NCBI GenBank assembly: GCA_963777505.1
Contig: CAVZQN010000004.1
Coordinates: forward strand, 1,280,001-1,344,000
DNA from: an uncultured bacterium
GTDB taxonomy: Bacteria; Acidobacteriota; HRBIN11; JAKEFK01
Reading direction: 5' to 3'
Length of the DNA: 64,000 nucleotides
Shown here: positions 37,081 to 46,497 of the stretch, in pieces
Position numbering within the stretch: the first letter of the stretch is position 1
How the letters are laid out: every line of letters begins with the position of its first letter
The notes under the pieces: generated by a model
The model's input: only the letters and a program-made list of their open reading frames with translations
Databases searched by the model: none
What the model was told of the DNA's origin: nothing
Program-made: the position numbers and the translations under genes

Positions 37081-40000
37081 ATGGCAGTCGACAAGGCAAA
37101 AATCTTAAAATCTGCTGAAAAGTTCGTCGCAGGGGGGAAAATTCAGCAGGCTGTCGATGAATATTTAAAGATTCTTAAAGAGAATCAACGCGACTGGAAT
37201 CTCATGATTCAGGTCGGGGACCTTTACCTAAAAATCAATAAAACTGCAGAAGCGATCCAGCATTTTCAAAAAGTTGCCGATCACTATTACATTGACGGAT
37301 TTTATTTAAAAGCAATCGCTATTTATAAGCGGATCAATAAGCTCGATCCGAACCTGACAGATATTTGTATTAAGCTTGCCGACCTCTATTTGAAACAGGG
37401 ACTATCCATGGATGCGAAGTCCCAGCTTCAGGTTGTGGCGCAGCATTATCTTTCCAAAAATCAAAACAGGGATGCGATTCAAACACTGAAAAAACTGGTT
37501 GAAATTGAACCAGAAAATCTCCGTACGCGTAATGAGCTTGCCAAAGCATACAAAAGCGAAGGCATGATCGGCGAAGCGGTTAATGAATATTTGGAAATCA
37601 GCGACGAATTGCTGCGGAAGAATTTAGTGAAAGAAAGCCTCACCGTTTTAGAAACAGCTCATAAACTGGATTCACGGAGTGCTGCAATTCTTCGAAAAAT
37701 CCTGGCAATCTATAACGAACAAAATGAACAGGATAAAGCGACTGCGCTTTTGGAAGAGTCACTCCGATCCGATCCTACAAATCCCGATGTGCTTGCTCTT
37801 CTTGCTGAATCGTACGCTGATGAAGGTGAATATCCACGGGCGCATGAAACGATTGACCAGGCAATTTCCAATACCGGCAATAAAGAGCCATTCTGGATCC
37901 TCAAAGGTGATCTGTATCTAAAAGAAGGGGATCTTGATAAAGCATACTCACAATTTGAACCGGCAATTGATCGACAAATAAAAAGAAAAGATCCAGAGAA
38001 AGCAATCGGATTGCTTCAGAAAATCCTGAAGCTTGACAGTTCTTTTCATAGCGCACTTCAACGATTAACTGATATTTATTCTTCTCTTAAGCAGACTCCA
38101 AATCTTGTGACTACCTACAACCAGCTTGTAGACGCTTTAATTTCCAAGACTCTTTACAGTGAGGCTTCAACGGCTCTTGAGAAGCTGATGGAATTAGAAC
38201 CGGATAACGAACAACATCAAGAAAAACTCGATTTCGTTCGTTCATTTCTTGCAAAACAGCCAAAAATTGAAGAACCTATTTCTCCGCCAGAACCTGTTGA
38301 AGAACCAGTCACAGAACCTGAAGGTGAAGAAGTTAGCAGTGAAGAAGTCAGTAATGAAGATTTCGATATCAGCATTGATCTGGATGCTGTAAATGAACCT
38401 GTTGCTATAGCCGAGGAAATTACTCATGCAGCGGCAAAAAGACCAACGCCTCCGCCGATGCCTTCTTTGCCACCTGTGCCTCCTGCTCCAGTAGCTGGAG
38501 CGGAAAGTCCTGAGGAAGAACGCGATTTCGTGTCCGAACATCTCATTGAAGCCGATGTTTTTACAAAATATGGACTCATCGATAAGGCGATCGAACAGTT
38601 GCAGATCATCACTGGACGTTACGCTAACTCAATTGTGGCGCATCAAAAGTTGAAAGAAATTTATATTGAGAAAGGAGAGCGTAGCAAAGCGGTAGAAGAA
38701 TGCGTAATCATGTCGAAGATTCTCCGTAAGAAAGGTGACATGGATCAGGCGGAAGATCTATTAAGCGAAGCAAGACAAATTGATCCAAACCATCCTTCGC
38801 TTGAAAAGGCATTTAAGGAAATGCCGGCAACGACTTCAGCAACAGATGTGTTGAGTGAAATAGAACGGCTTGCACAGAGCTTGAAGAAAATGCCTTCCAA
38901 AGCGAAACAGGCAAAGCCGAAAGTTAAAGCACCTGCTCCGCCGCCCGAACCTGAACCTGAAATCGCAATCGAACCAGAACCTGAAAGGGAACCCGAAATC
39001 GCAATCGAATCTGAATCCATACAGGAACCTGAAATCGAGATCGAACCTGAAATCCGACACGAACCTGAACTCGTAAACGAACCTGAAATTGTATCTGAAC
39101 CTGAAATCATAAACGAACCGGAAGTTGTACCCGAACCTGAACTAACAATAGAACCTGAAATACAGATTCACTCCGAAACTGTTCCTGTTCCTGAACCTGT
39201 ATCTGAACCTGAAATTCAAATTGAAGAACTTTCGATTGAAGTAGAAGAATCGGTAAGTCCTGAGGTGCTTTTCGAGAAAACTCCTACCGGTATTTTAGAT
39301 CGTGAAAAGTTTGACGAAGTCGATTTTTATGTTGATCAAGGACTGTTTGATGAAGCGGCACGTCTGCTGGCTCAAATGAACCAACAGTTCCCTAATGAAG
39401 CAGGCATTATGAGCCGGATATGGAAGTTGAAAGAAAAAGGAATTGACGTACCGGATAAAGTTGATGAAGAGGTTAAAGAAGAGGTACTTGAAGAACTGAC
39501 GCCAGCAGCACAATTGGAAATAAATCGGGAGAGTTTGCCATCAGAGAATACGGATAGCAATAATATTGCAGGAGATCTGCAGCTTCCTGAAGAGCTTTTG
39601 CCCGAAAATATGGTGACAGAAGAAGTAGTCGCAGCAGATTCGTTTGGATCTTTTGATGAGATTGAGGAACCTGAAGAAGCCGCAGAAGAAATTTTTGAAA
39701 CACCACTTCCTGAAACAGTTGACGATCCGCATGATGCTGAGACACCCGTTGGAACATGGGCCGACCTTGAGGCTATAAGCGGAATCAAACCCGAAACAAT
39801 TCAGGAAGAAGATGCTGAATCCTTGTTTGAACCAAATCAAAAAGAGGAAGGCGAACACGCATGGGATCTTGGAGATCTAAATGAACTCTCCGATAACGTG
39901 ATGCTTCCTGAACAGGAAGAAGATTCATACTTTGATAAAGCGATGGGAGCTGCAATCGATCTCACTTCAGGTGATCAAATTGAAGAAGATGAGGATGAGG

Positions 40001-40794
40001 AAATAATTGATCAACGATTTCCACATGTTCAGGAAAAAGAGAATACTTCATTTGATGAATTGGAACCTGACTCAAGCTTTGGTGAAACGGAAACTGACGG
40101 AGACGTTGAGGTTCCCTACATTCCTGCTGAGAGCGAAGTGGAATCAGCTTTAGATGCGGCATTCGCTGGTGAATTGGGGGGTGGTCTTGAAGACGAGGAT
40201 GAAGAGGTTGAATCCAAACCAGTCCAAGCGGCGCCTGAACTTTTTGAGGAAGAAGAGGATTATTTCGATCTTGCTGCGGAACTTGAAGAAGGTTTTCTGA
40301 GTGTTCAAAGCGCGGTTGAAGAAAAGCCTGCAGATGGACAGAATTATTCCCTTGAAGAAATCCTGTCTGATTTCAAGAAAGGTGTCGATAAACAATTAAG
40401 CGCTGAAGATTATGACACGCGTTACAATCTTGGAATTGCTTATAAAGAAATGGGATTAATTGATGAAGCAATTGCAGAATTTCAAATCGCGTCAAAAGAA
40501 CCGAAACGCTTTCTTGAATGCTGCAGCATGCTTGGTATTTGTTTTGTCGAGAAAGGAATGCCAAAGCTTGCTGTGAAGTGGTACCAGCGTGGCCTCGAAA
40601 CCGGTGGTTTTACAGAAGAAGAATACCAGGGATTAAAGTATGAAATGGGGCAAGCCTGTGAAATGTTGGGCGACCTGGAAAAAGCACTTGAATATTATCA
40701 AGAGGTCTATGTCGTCAATGCCGGTTACCGGAATGTTACTAAGAAAGTAAAAGAACTTACCGATCATTTCAGGAGCAAAGAGCGGCCTTCATGA
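37081..40794 (+). CDS. Large TPR protein with an acidic Pro/Glu-rich linker (FimV-like architecture)
   Basis: N-terminal TPR array, internal EADVFTKYG and EVDFYVDQG modules, EPE repeats, C-terminal YNLGIAYKEMGL TPRs. Confidence 0.8.
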   Translation: MAVDKAKILKSAEKFVAGGKIQQAVDEYLKILKENQRDWNLMIQVGDLYLKINKTAEAIQHFQKVADHYYIDGFYLKAIAIYKRINKLDPNLTDICIKLADLYLKQGLSMDAKSQLQVVAQHYLSKNQNRDAIQTLKKLVEIEPENLRTRNELAKAYKSEGMIGEAVNEYLEISDELLRKNLVKESLTVLETAHKLDSRSAAILRKILAIYNEQNEQDKATALLEESLRSDPTNPDVLALLAESYADEGEYPRAHETIDQAISNTGNKEPFWILKGDLYLKEGDLDKAYSQFEPAIDRQIKRKDPEKAIGLLQKILKLDSSFHSALQRLTDIYSSLKQTPNLVTTYNQLVDALISKTLYSEASTALEKLMELEPDNEQHQEKLDFVRSFLAKQPKIEEPISPPEPVEEPVTEPEGEEVSSEEVSNEDFDISIDLDAVNEPVAIAEEITHAAAKRPTPPPMPSLPPVPPAPVAGAESPEEERDFVSEHLIEADVFTKYGLIDKAIEQLQIITGRYANSIVAHQKLKEIYIEKGERSKAVEECVIMSKILRKKGDMDQAEDLLSEARQIDPNHPSLEKAFKEMPATTSATDVLSEIERLAQSLKKMPSKAKQAKPKVKAPAPPPEPEPEIAIEPEPEREPEIAIESESIQEPEIEIEPEIRHEPELVNEPEIVSEPEIINEPEVVPEPELTIEPEIQIHSETVPVPEPVSEPEIQIEELSIEVEESVSPEVLFEKTPTGILDREKFDEVDFYVDQGLFDEAARLLAQMNQQFPNEAGIMSRIWKLKEKGIDVPDKVDEEVKEEVLEELTPAAQLEINRESLPSENTDSNNIAGDLQLPEELLPENMVTEEVVAADSFGSFDEIEEPEEAAEEIFETPLPETVDDPHDAETPVGTWADLEAISGIKPETIQEEDAESLFEPNQKEEGEHAWDLGDLNELSDNVMLPEQEEDSYFDKAMGAAIDLTSGDQIEEDEDEEIIDQRFPHVQEKENTSFDELEPDSSFGETETDGDVEVPYIPAESEVESALDAAFAGELGGGLEDEDEEVESKPVQAAPELFEEEEDYFDLAAELEEGFLSVQSAVEEKPADGQNYSLEEILSDFKKGVDKQLSAEDYDTRYNLGIAYKEMGLIDEAIAEFQIASKEPKRFLECCSMLGICFVEKGMPKLAVKWYQRGLETGGFTEEEYQGLKYEMGQACEMLGDLEKALEYYQEVYVVNAGYRNVTKKVKELTDHFRSKERPS
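38947..39215 (+). repeat. Degenerate 18-bp coding tandem repeat (EPExxx)
   Basis: Recurrent GAACCTGAA followed by a 9-nt variable unit. Confidence 0.75.
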
Positions 40795-40798
40795 TTTT

Positions 40799-41113
40799 TT
40801 GGTCAAGAAAACTGGCGCTCCGTTGCTTCGACCGTTTAATTCCGATCTTCATTATCGAATGTTGAAAAAGATTTCTTTCTATTTTTATGTTTTTTATTGC
40901 TTTGAAGTAGGAATTTTTTTACTTGTTGCGCCGTGGTGGCTTCCACAGATCTGGGAACAGAATTTCTTCTTCTTTTTTGTACCTTCCTTGAAAGAAGTAT
41001 TTCTAAATGGTTATTTTCGTGGAGCAGTCTCGGGCCTTGGAGTGTTAAATATTTTGCTTGGTGTCATTGAGATTTTTGAAAACGAACGATCGAAACAATT
41101 CGTCCAGCCATGA
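40799..41113 (+). CDS. Small two-TM membrane protein (start may be 40859)
   Basis: FEVGIFLLVAPW...WEQN...GYFRGAVSGLG pattern. Confidence 0.7.
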   Translation: MVKKTGAPLLRPFNSDLHYRMLKKISFYFYVFYCFEVGIFLLVAPWWLPQIWEQNFFFFFVPSLKEVFLNGYFRGAVSGLGVLNILLGVIEIFENERSKQFVQP

Positions 41114-41715
41114 ATGCAGTTTCTGAAAGGTTTCTATATCATTTAATTACGGACCACAATCAATATAAACAGTCTTTGCATGAAGCAGCTCGTCTTGCTG
41201 AATTAAATCATGTAACACACTTTCAATTGCGTGAAAAAATGATGCAGAAAAGAGAATTGCTGGCTTTAGCGCAACATATTCGTCCAGCACTCCAGCATAC
41301 ACTGTTCATTATCAATGGCCATTTGGATGTTGCGCTTGCAAGTGAAGCCGATGGCATTCATCTGCAGGCCGACAACCTTCCGATCGCGACAGTGCGAAAA
41401 AAATATCCAGATTTAATTATTGGTTATTCTGCTCATTCGCGTGAAGAGGTTCTTCAAGCTGAATCCTCCGGAGCCGATTATGTTTTCCTTGGCCCTGTGT
41501 ACAGACCCCTTTCCAAAAATATTAGCAATTCACCGATCGGCCTTGAAAGATTTAGCGAATGGATTGCAGGAACGAATATTCCTGTTTTTGCTCTAGGTGG
41601 ACTCTCTGCATCAAATCTTCAAAGCGTTGCAAAAACCGGCTGCCGTGGAGCAGCGGGTATCTCGCTTTTCATACACGAGGGTCAGTTCACCGCTTCAGGG
41701 ATGGTGATTCAATGA
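41110..41715 (+). CDS. Thiamine-phosphate synthase/TenI family protein
   Basis: QLREK, ADGIHL, GYSAHS, GADY..GPV, PVFALGG. Confidence 0.85.
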   Translation: MNAVSERFLYHLITDHNQYKQSLHEAARLAELNHVTHFQLREKMMQKRELLALAQHIRPALQHTLFIINGHLDVALASEADGIHLQADNLPIATVRKKYPDLIIGYSAHSREEVLQAESSGADYVFLGPVYRPLSKNISNSPIGLERFSEWIAGTNIPVFALGGLSASNLQSVAKTGCRGAAGISLFIHEGQFTASGMVIQ

Positions 41716-43229
41716 TCTCATCACTTGATTACAAGATGCAGCAAGGAGTTCTGGTTTTTGTTCTGATGGTGGCAGTGCTGCTGGCCATTTTCAGGTTGAC
41801 TCGCCATCACAAAAATATTCGACAAAAGATACAGCTTCCTTTGATCGCACTTTTCCTGCTTTTAGTTGCAAAGATTGTGTTGTACGTTACAGGCGTTCAA
41901 CTGCCCGCTCTCATTGAAAATTATTTCAAGGCGATTCTTTATTTATCGATCGCCGTTCTTGTGATCCGCGTTGCAGTGTTTGTTTTATTTACCTCGATTG
42001 AGAAAAAGAAACGATACCGAATACCAAAACTGGTCGAAGAAATTACAAAAGTTCTTTTATATGGCATTACTGCAATTGCAATCATTCAAAAGACGTTGAA
42101 TATTCAGGTAACGACCGTTCTTGCAACATCAGCGATCATCACAGTTGTACTGGGGCTTGCGCTGCAGGAAACTCTCGGAAATTTATTCGCAGGGTTGGCA
42201 TTGCAATTGGATCCTGCGTATCAAGTTGGCGACTGGATTCGCGTCGGTGAACGGATGGGCAAGGTTGAAGAAATCACCTGGCGCGCCACGAAGTTAAGGA
42301 CAGTAAACAACGATTCAGTAATCATTCCGAATGGTAGTATTGCAAAGGACACCTTGATCAACCTGAGCAATCCCATTACTCCTCATGCAGCGAGAATGAT
42401 GATTCGAGCTAGTTTTTCGACACCACCAAACAGAGTCGATCGTGTTACCCGAGATGTTCTTGCTGAAATCCCAAACGTGACTCTTGATCCTCCTCCGGAG
42501 ATTCGTGTCAGCGATTTTAAGGATTACTGGATCGAATACGATTTAAAATTTTATTACAAAGATCCTGGCTTGCTGGAAGCAATGCTTGCTGCTGTTCGCA
42601 AAGGGCTCTGGTATCACTTTCGCAGGGATGGAGTTGAAATTCCAGTCCCGGTCAGAGATGTTTTTGTTCATGACCGCCAGGAAAGGGTCGAAAGCGGCGA
42701 GGCAATGCTTCATCGTCTCAGTGATTCCTTGAAGAAGGTTTACTTATTTTCCTCACTTGCGGCCGATGAGCATCAACTCATTGCGGAAAATCTTGAAGAA
42801 ATGAGATACGCAAGAAATGAATTAGTTATTCGTGAAGGTGAAGCCGGGGATTCTTTTTTTATTGTTGAACAGGGTGAAGTCGAAGTTTTTGTAACCTCTC
42901 CGACAGGTACAAAAAAATCGCTAACGATACTTTCCGTTGGCGATTTCTTTGGAGAAATCGCATTATTAACTGGTGAACGAAGAACTGCTAGTGTTCAAGC
43001 ACTGACTGAAGTTCGTGTTTTTCGTTTGAAAAAGGAGAGTTTCAAGACAGTTCTTGAAACACGGCCTGATATTTTGGATCAGATAAGCGGTATTTTAAGC
43101 CGGCGGAAAGATCAAATTGCATCTCTTCTGGCTGAAAGTACGGGAAGTGATGGTAAATTGATTTCGATTAATACGGATCAGGCTAAAAGTAAAATTCTTG
43201 GTAGGATTCGAAGTTATTTTGGTCTTTAG
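41712..43229 (+). CDS. MscS-family channel with a C-terminal cNMP-binding domain (bCNG-like)
   Basis: LGLALQETLGNLFAG, GDWI, WRAT, IPN; REGEAGDSFF...FFGEIALLTGERRTASV. Confidence 0.9.
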   Translation: MISSLDYKMQQGVLVFVLMVAVLLAIFRLTRHHKNIRQKIQLPLIALFLLLVAKIVLYVTGVQLPALIENYFKAILYLSIAVLVIRVAVFVLFTSIEKKKRYRIPKLVEEITKVLLYGITAIAIIQKTLNIQVTTVLATSAIITVVLGLALQETLGNLFAGLALQLDPAYQVGDWIRVGERMGKVEEITWRATKLRTVNNDSVIIPNGSIAKDTLINLSNPITPHAARMMIRASFSTPPNRVDRVTRDVLAEIPNVTLDPPPEIRVSDFKDYWIEYDLKFYYKDPGLLEAMLAAVRKGLWYHFRRDGVEIPVPVRDVFVHDRQERVESGEAMLHRLSDSLKKVYLFSSLAADEHQLIAENLEEMRYARNELVIREGEAGDSFFIVEQGEVEVFVTSPTGTKKSLTILSVGDFFGEIALLTGERRTASVQALTEVRVFRLKKESFKTVLETRPDILDQISGILSRRKDQIASLLAESTGSDGKLISINTDQAKSKILGRIRSYFGL

Positions 43230-43262
43230 AATACTTACACCGCTCCGTTTTGATTCCATTCT

Positions 43263-43583
43263 ATGAATACACGAGAAATTGAGCAGGAAATCGGCGAGTT
43301 GATGCCGGTTGATGACTTTTTGCAGATTCAGCGCCGTCTTCGAGACTTACGATTTGAAGAGGATGCAAAATTGCGGGCACTTGCTGAACTGCAACAAGTG
43401 TATCTTAGCGCCAATACAGATGAAGAACGTGATCTCGTGAAGGACGCTGTAGCGAAGATTCGTGACCTTTCTCGCGCCACAAGACAGGAAATCCGCGATC
43501 TGAACAATCGCATTGTCGCGTTCATGCCACTGGATGTAGCACGCGAACTGTTTGAGCGGTACGAGAAGTCAGCGAAAGGTTAG
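43263..43583 (+). CDS. Small helical hypothetical protein
   Basis: 106-aa charged, coiled-coil-like ORF, co-oriented with the upstream genes. Confidence 0.65.
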   Translation: MNTREIEQEIGELMPVDDFLQIQRRLRDLRFEEDAKLRALAELQQVYLSANTDEERDLVKDAVAKIRDLSRATRQEIRDLNNRIVAFMPLDVARELFERYEKSAKG

Positions 43584-43643
43584 AGCTTGTGGTGAGTGGA
43601 TAGAGCAGGGGAGCTAGCTCCCTTGCACCCCTGCACCCCTGCA

Positions 43644-44103
43644 CCCTTTCATCATCAATGTCCCCACCAAGCCACACCCCTCCACTCAACTAATCCTATC
43701 CCAACGAATCATTGTGGTATGTCACCCCTGCTCCTTTCTCCCTTTCATCATCAATGTTCCCACAAATCACACCCCTCCACTCAACTAATCCTATCCCAAC
43801 GAATCATTGTGGAATGTCACCCCTGCTCCCTTTCTCCCTTTCATCATCAATGTCCCCACCAAACCACACCCCTCCACTCAACTAATCCTGTCCCAACGAA
43901 TCATTGTGGAATGTCACCCTGCTCCCTTTCTCCCTTTCTTCATCAATGTCCCTACCAAACCACGCCCCTCCACTCAACTAATCCTGTCCCAACGAATCAT
44001 TGTGGAATGTCACCCCTGCTCCCTTTCTCCCTTTCATCATCAAGGTTCCCACCAAACCACACCCCTCCACTCGAATAATCCTGTCGCAACGAATCATTGT
44101 GGT
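43644..44103. repeat. Tandem array of about 4.8 copies of a 96-97-bp unit
   Basis: Units start at 43644, 43740, 43836, 43932 and 44029. Consensus: CCCTTTCATCATCAATGTCCCCACCAAACCACACCCCTCCACTCAACTAATCCTGTCCCAACGAATCATTGTGGAATGTCACCCCTGCTCCCTTTCT. Confidence 0.95.
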
Positions 44104-44114
44104 AATGGGAGGGG

Positions 44115-44147
44115 ATGCCTGCAGGTGGGGGAACCTGCAGGCATTTT
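44115..44147 (+). terminator. Perfect 12-bp hairpin between convergent genes
   Basis: ATGCCTGCAGGT-GGGGGA-ACCTGCAGGCAT-TTT. Confidence 0.7.
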
Positions 44148-44191
44148 CAGGGGAGAGACAAGGGAACTTTTAAAATTTCAAATACCTACGT

Positions 44192-46219
44192 TTAATCTTT
44201 TTTCTTTATCTGTTTTGAGCTCGAAGAAGAAGATGGACGGCTTGATGAGCTCTTTGATGAAGATGAAGAACGTGGTTGAGATGGTTTGTTATAACCTCCT
44301 GAGCTTTTCGGTTCATAACGAGGTTGAGTCGATTTCGGCTCATACCGAGGCTGACTGGTGGAGGACTTTGGATCAGACCGTTCTTCGAATCTTTCATACA
44401 TTTTTCGCGCTCCTTCATAGTAGCGCGGACTAACTTCCGACTCCCTTCGGCTCTCTTCAGAAGATTTCGGATCGCGATACCATGGGGTGCTCGTCGATCT
44501 TGAATCATTATTGTCTCTTCTTATATATGGACTCCTGTAAGAGTCATAAGGCCTTGAAGTTTCTTTCCGATACCGCTCATATTGAGAATCGCGGTCCCAA
44601 TAATTTGGTGGCGCCGGTTTTGATGTCTTATTATCGCTGGAACCATATTTGCTGCTGCTCGTGCTTCGATTGTTGTCGTAATTCTTGTTCGTGGTCGAAC
44701 CGGGCGATTTTGTTACAGGCTTGCTGTTCGAATCATTACTGTTTTTGCTATTGCCTGGATCTTTATCAACCGATTTGCTTTTCGAATCGTTCGAAGGCGG
44801 CTTTGTTGTTGGATTAACCGGTTTGGGTGTAGTTGTAGGCCGCGTTTTCTCCCAGCTTTTTGTCGAACTTCCTGGATTCACATCCTTACGACCGTTCTCA
44901 ACGTTCTTCGAATTGCTTGGATTAACGGGCTCATCACGATGTTTCACTCCAACAGGATTGTCAACATCAGGTCCTTTAGCGGGTGCAATCCTTTTGTCGT
45001 TAACGTAGGCCGGTGTTTTTACGGTTTTTGGAATAACGTAGCTCGTAAGTTCCTTCTTTGGTGAGCGTGCAAATTTTGTTTCATCAAACCGGATCTTCTT
45101 AACATCATTTGAACCCACGCTGATGTGTTTGATGCTCTTGGTGCCGACATCATGTTTTTTTACAAATGTCCATGAATTCCCGACATCGATAGTCTTTTGT
45201 TTCTGGATTGGATTGTGATAATTCCAATTGTCATAGATTGGTCTATTGTAATAATTCAGCGGGCACCAGCCGACATAATCGCCATAGTCATACCAGCTTA
45301 CCCATGAAGGGCCGAATGAATAACCGGGAATCCAGTACCATCCAAAATCAAGACCCCAGCCCCATCTTCCATAATGGTACGGAGCCCAACCCCACGGTTC
45401 AGATGAAACCCAGAACCAACTGCTGTTTGAATATGACCATCGTCCATCGTAGTAAGGTCGCCAGCCATCATAAACTCGTGGAACCCAAACGTTTCCATAG
45501 TCTCCATATTCGCGCCAATCGCCATACTGTTCCAGTTCGTATGTATCATAACGAAGGCTCTCATCAACATATTGATCTTCGTCATAGTCATCCCGATAAG
45601 CGAGTGAATCCATTCGGGATGAATTCCAATTATCAAGTTCGTCATAGGCGCCGTTAAAAGCTTCAGGTTTTACAGGACTTGAGCCCGGGTCCACGTAGGT
45701 GCGTTCATTTGCGCGGAGTAGAATGCGCTGTCCATTTGCGCGGATTTCCGCTTCGCCTTGAATTGTCGTTACACGGATACCGCCTTCGTTTCCTAAATCG
45801 ACGCGCATATTACCTTCATCGATCAAGTAAATCTCAGATTCACCTGCTCTTACCTTCAATTCTTCGCGGAAAGAATCAATGAGATGCGAATCTACGAAAA
45901 GACTTCCCTGGAGAAGTTCAATAACCATGGGGGAATATGTGGAATCTACTTTTGCGGAGGAATAATCTCCTAACCGGACGAGAATGCCATTACGAAATGA
46001 AAGTTCGGCACGCCCGTTTTGTGTTTCAACGACATCGCCATCGAGAATTGGCGAGTTGATCGTCGCATCGTTCGGTCTTTGTGCGTCCGTAGGATAAATA
46101 CTAACGTCCCCCTCAATATGACGTAAACGAACGACTCGATCATTTGCGGCATCGGCCGGCAACGAGACTAAGAATAGTGCTAAGAAACAACCGAAAGCAG
46201 CTAAAATCCTGTACTTCAT
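44192..46219 (-). CDS. Secreted FecR-like + DUF6600 protein with a low-complexity S/K/P/R tail
   Basis: Signal peptide; FecR-like N-domain (GDV.ET.NGRAE); YGDW...YGNVWVP...WRPYYDGRW...WGWAPYHYGRW...W.W.PG...VGWCPL. Confidence 0.85.
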   Translation of the reverse strand: MKYRILAAFGCFLALFLVSLPADAANDRVVRLRHIEGDVSIYPTDAQRPNDATINSPILDGDVVETQNGRAELSFRNGILVRLGDYSSAKVDSTYSPMVIELLQGSLFVDSHLIDSFREELKVRAGESEIYLIDEGNMRVDLGNEGGIRVTTIQGEAEIRANGQRILLRANERTYVDPGSSPVKPEAFNGAYDELDNWNSSRMDSLAYRDDYDEDQYVDESLRYDTYELEQYGDWREYGDYGNVWVPRVYDGWRPYYDGRWSYSNSSWFWVSSEPWGWAPYHYGRWGWGLDFGWYWIPGYSFGPSWVSWYDYGDYVGWCPLNYYNRPIYDNWNYHNPIQKQKTIDVGNSWTFVKKHDVGTKSIKHISVGSNDVKKIRFDETKFARSPKKELTSYVIPKTVKTPAYVNDKRIAPAKGPDVDNPVGVKHRDEPVNPSNSKNVENGRKDVNPGSSTKSWEKTRPTTTPKPVNPTTKPPSNDSKSKSVDKDPGNSKNSNDSNSKPVTKSPGSTTNKNYDNNRSTSSSKYGSSDNKTSKPAPPNYWDRDSQYERYRKETSRPYDSYRSPYIRRDNNDSRSTSTPWYRDPKSSEESRRESEVSPRYYEGARKMYERFEERSDPKSSTSQPRYEPKSTQPRYEPKSSGGYNKPSQPRSSSSSKSSSSRPSSSSSSKQIKKKD

Positions 46220-46262
46220 AGAACCCTCCACAAACACCCCACGTAAACCACACCTCCCATAC

Positions 46263-46278
46263 AGCAAATCACGTGCCA
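46263..46278 (-). promoter_or_regulatory. sigma-54 (-24/-12) promoter
   Basis: TGGCACGTGATTTGCT (GG-N10-GC), ending 43 nt upstream of ATG 46219. Confidence 0.75.
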
Positions 46279-46344
46279 TCTCTCCTCGAGAAAGTATCAA
46301 ATTTCCGAGGACAAATTCTGTCCCCTAATCACGACAACTGTACT

Positions 46345-46491
46345 TCAGACAACCCCTTTTCTTTTCTCGTCGAGCCGTTTGGAGACCGACTCTAACGCCC
46401 TCTCCATATTTTTTAGCCGGGTCATCAGGGTGAACAAATAAAGAAACAATAGAATCCATACGGCAATGTACGCTGCAATTAAGTAATTCAT
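46345..46491 (-). CDS. ccmD: Heme exporter protein D (48 aa; missing from the ORF track)
   Basis: MNYLIAAYIAVWILLFLYLFTLMTRLKNMERALESVSKRLDEKRKGVV directly after ccmC; AAY...W TM helix followed by a charged tail. Confidence 0.85.
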   Translation of the reverse strand: MNYLIAAYIAVWILLFLYLFTLMTRLKNMERALESVSKRLDEKRKGVV

Positions 46492-46497
46492 ATAAGT

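Noticed and set aside
41050-41113. TPP riboswitch upstream of the thiE-like gene
   Set aside because: The gene overlaps the upstream CDS, leaving no leader, and I saw no CTGAGA core.
43644-44103. CRISPR array or type III toxin-antitoxin repeat array
   Set aside because: Whole units repeat with no unique spacers and there are no cas genes. No co-oriented toxin gene follows the hairpin.
43596-44433. His/Cys-rich repeat ORFs crossing the array
   Set aside because: The 97-bp consensus is not a multiple of 3, peptide frames swap between copies, there is no RBS, and one ORF overlaps the DUF6600 gene antisense.
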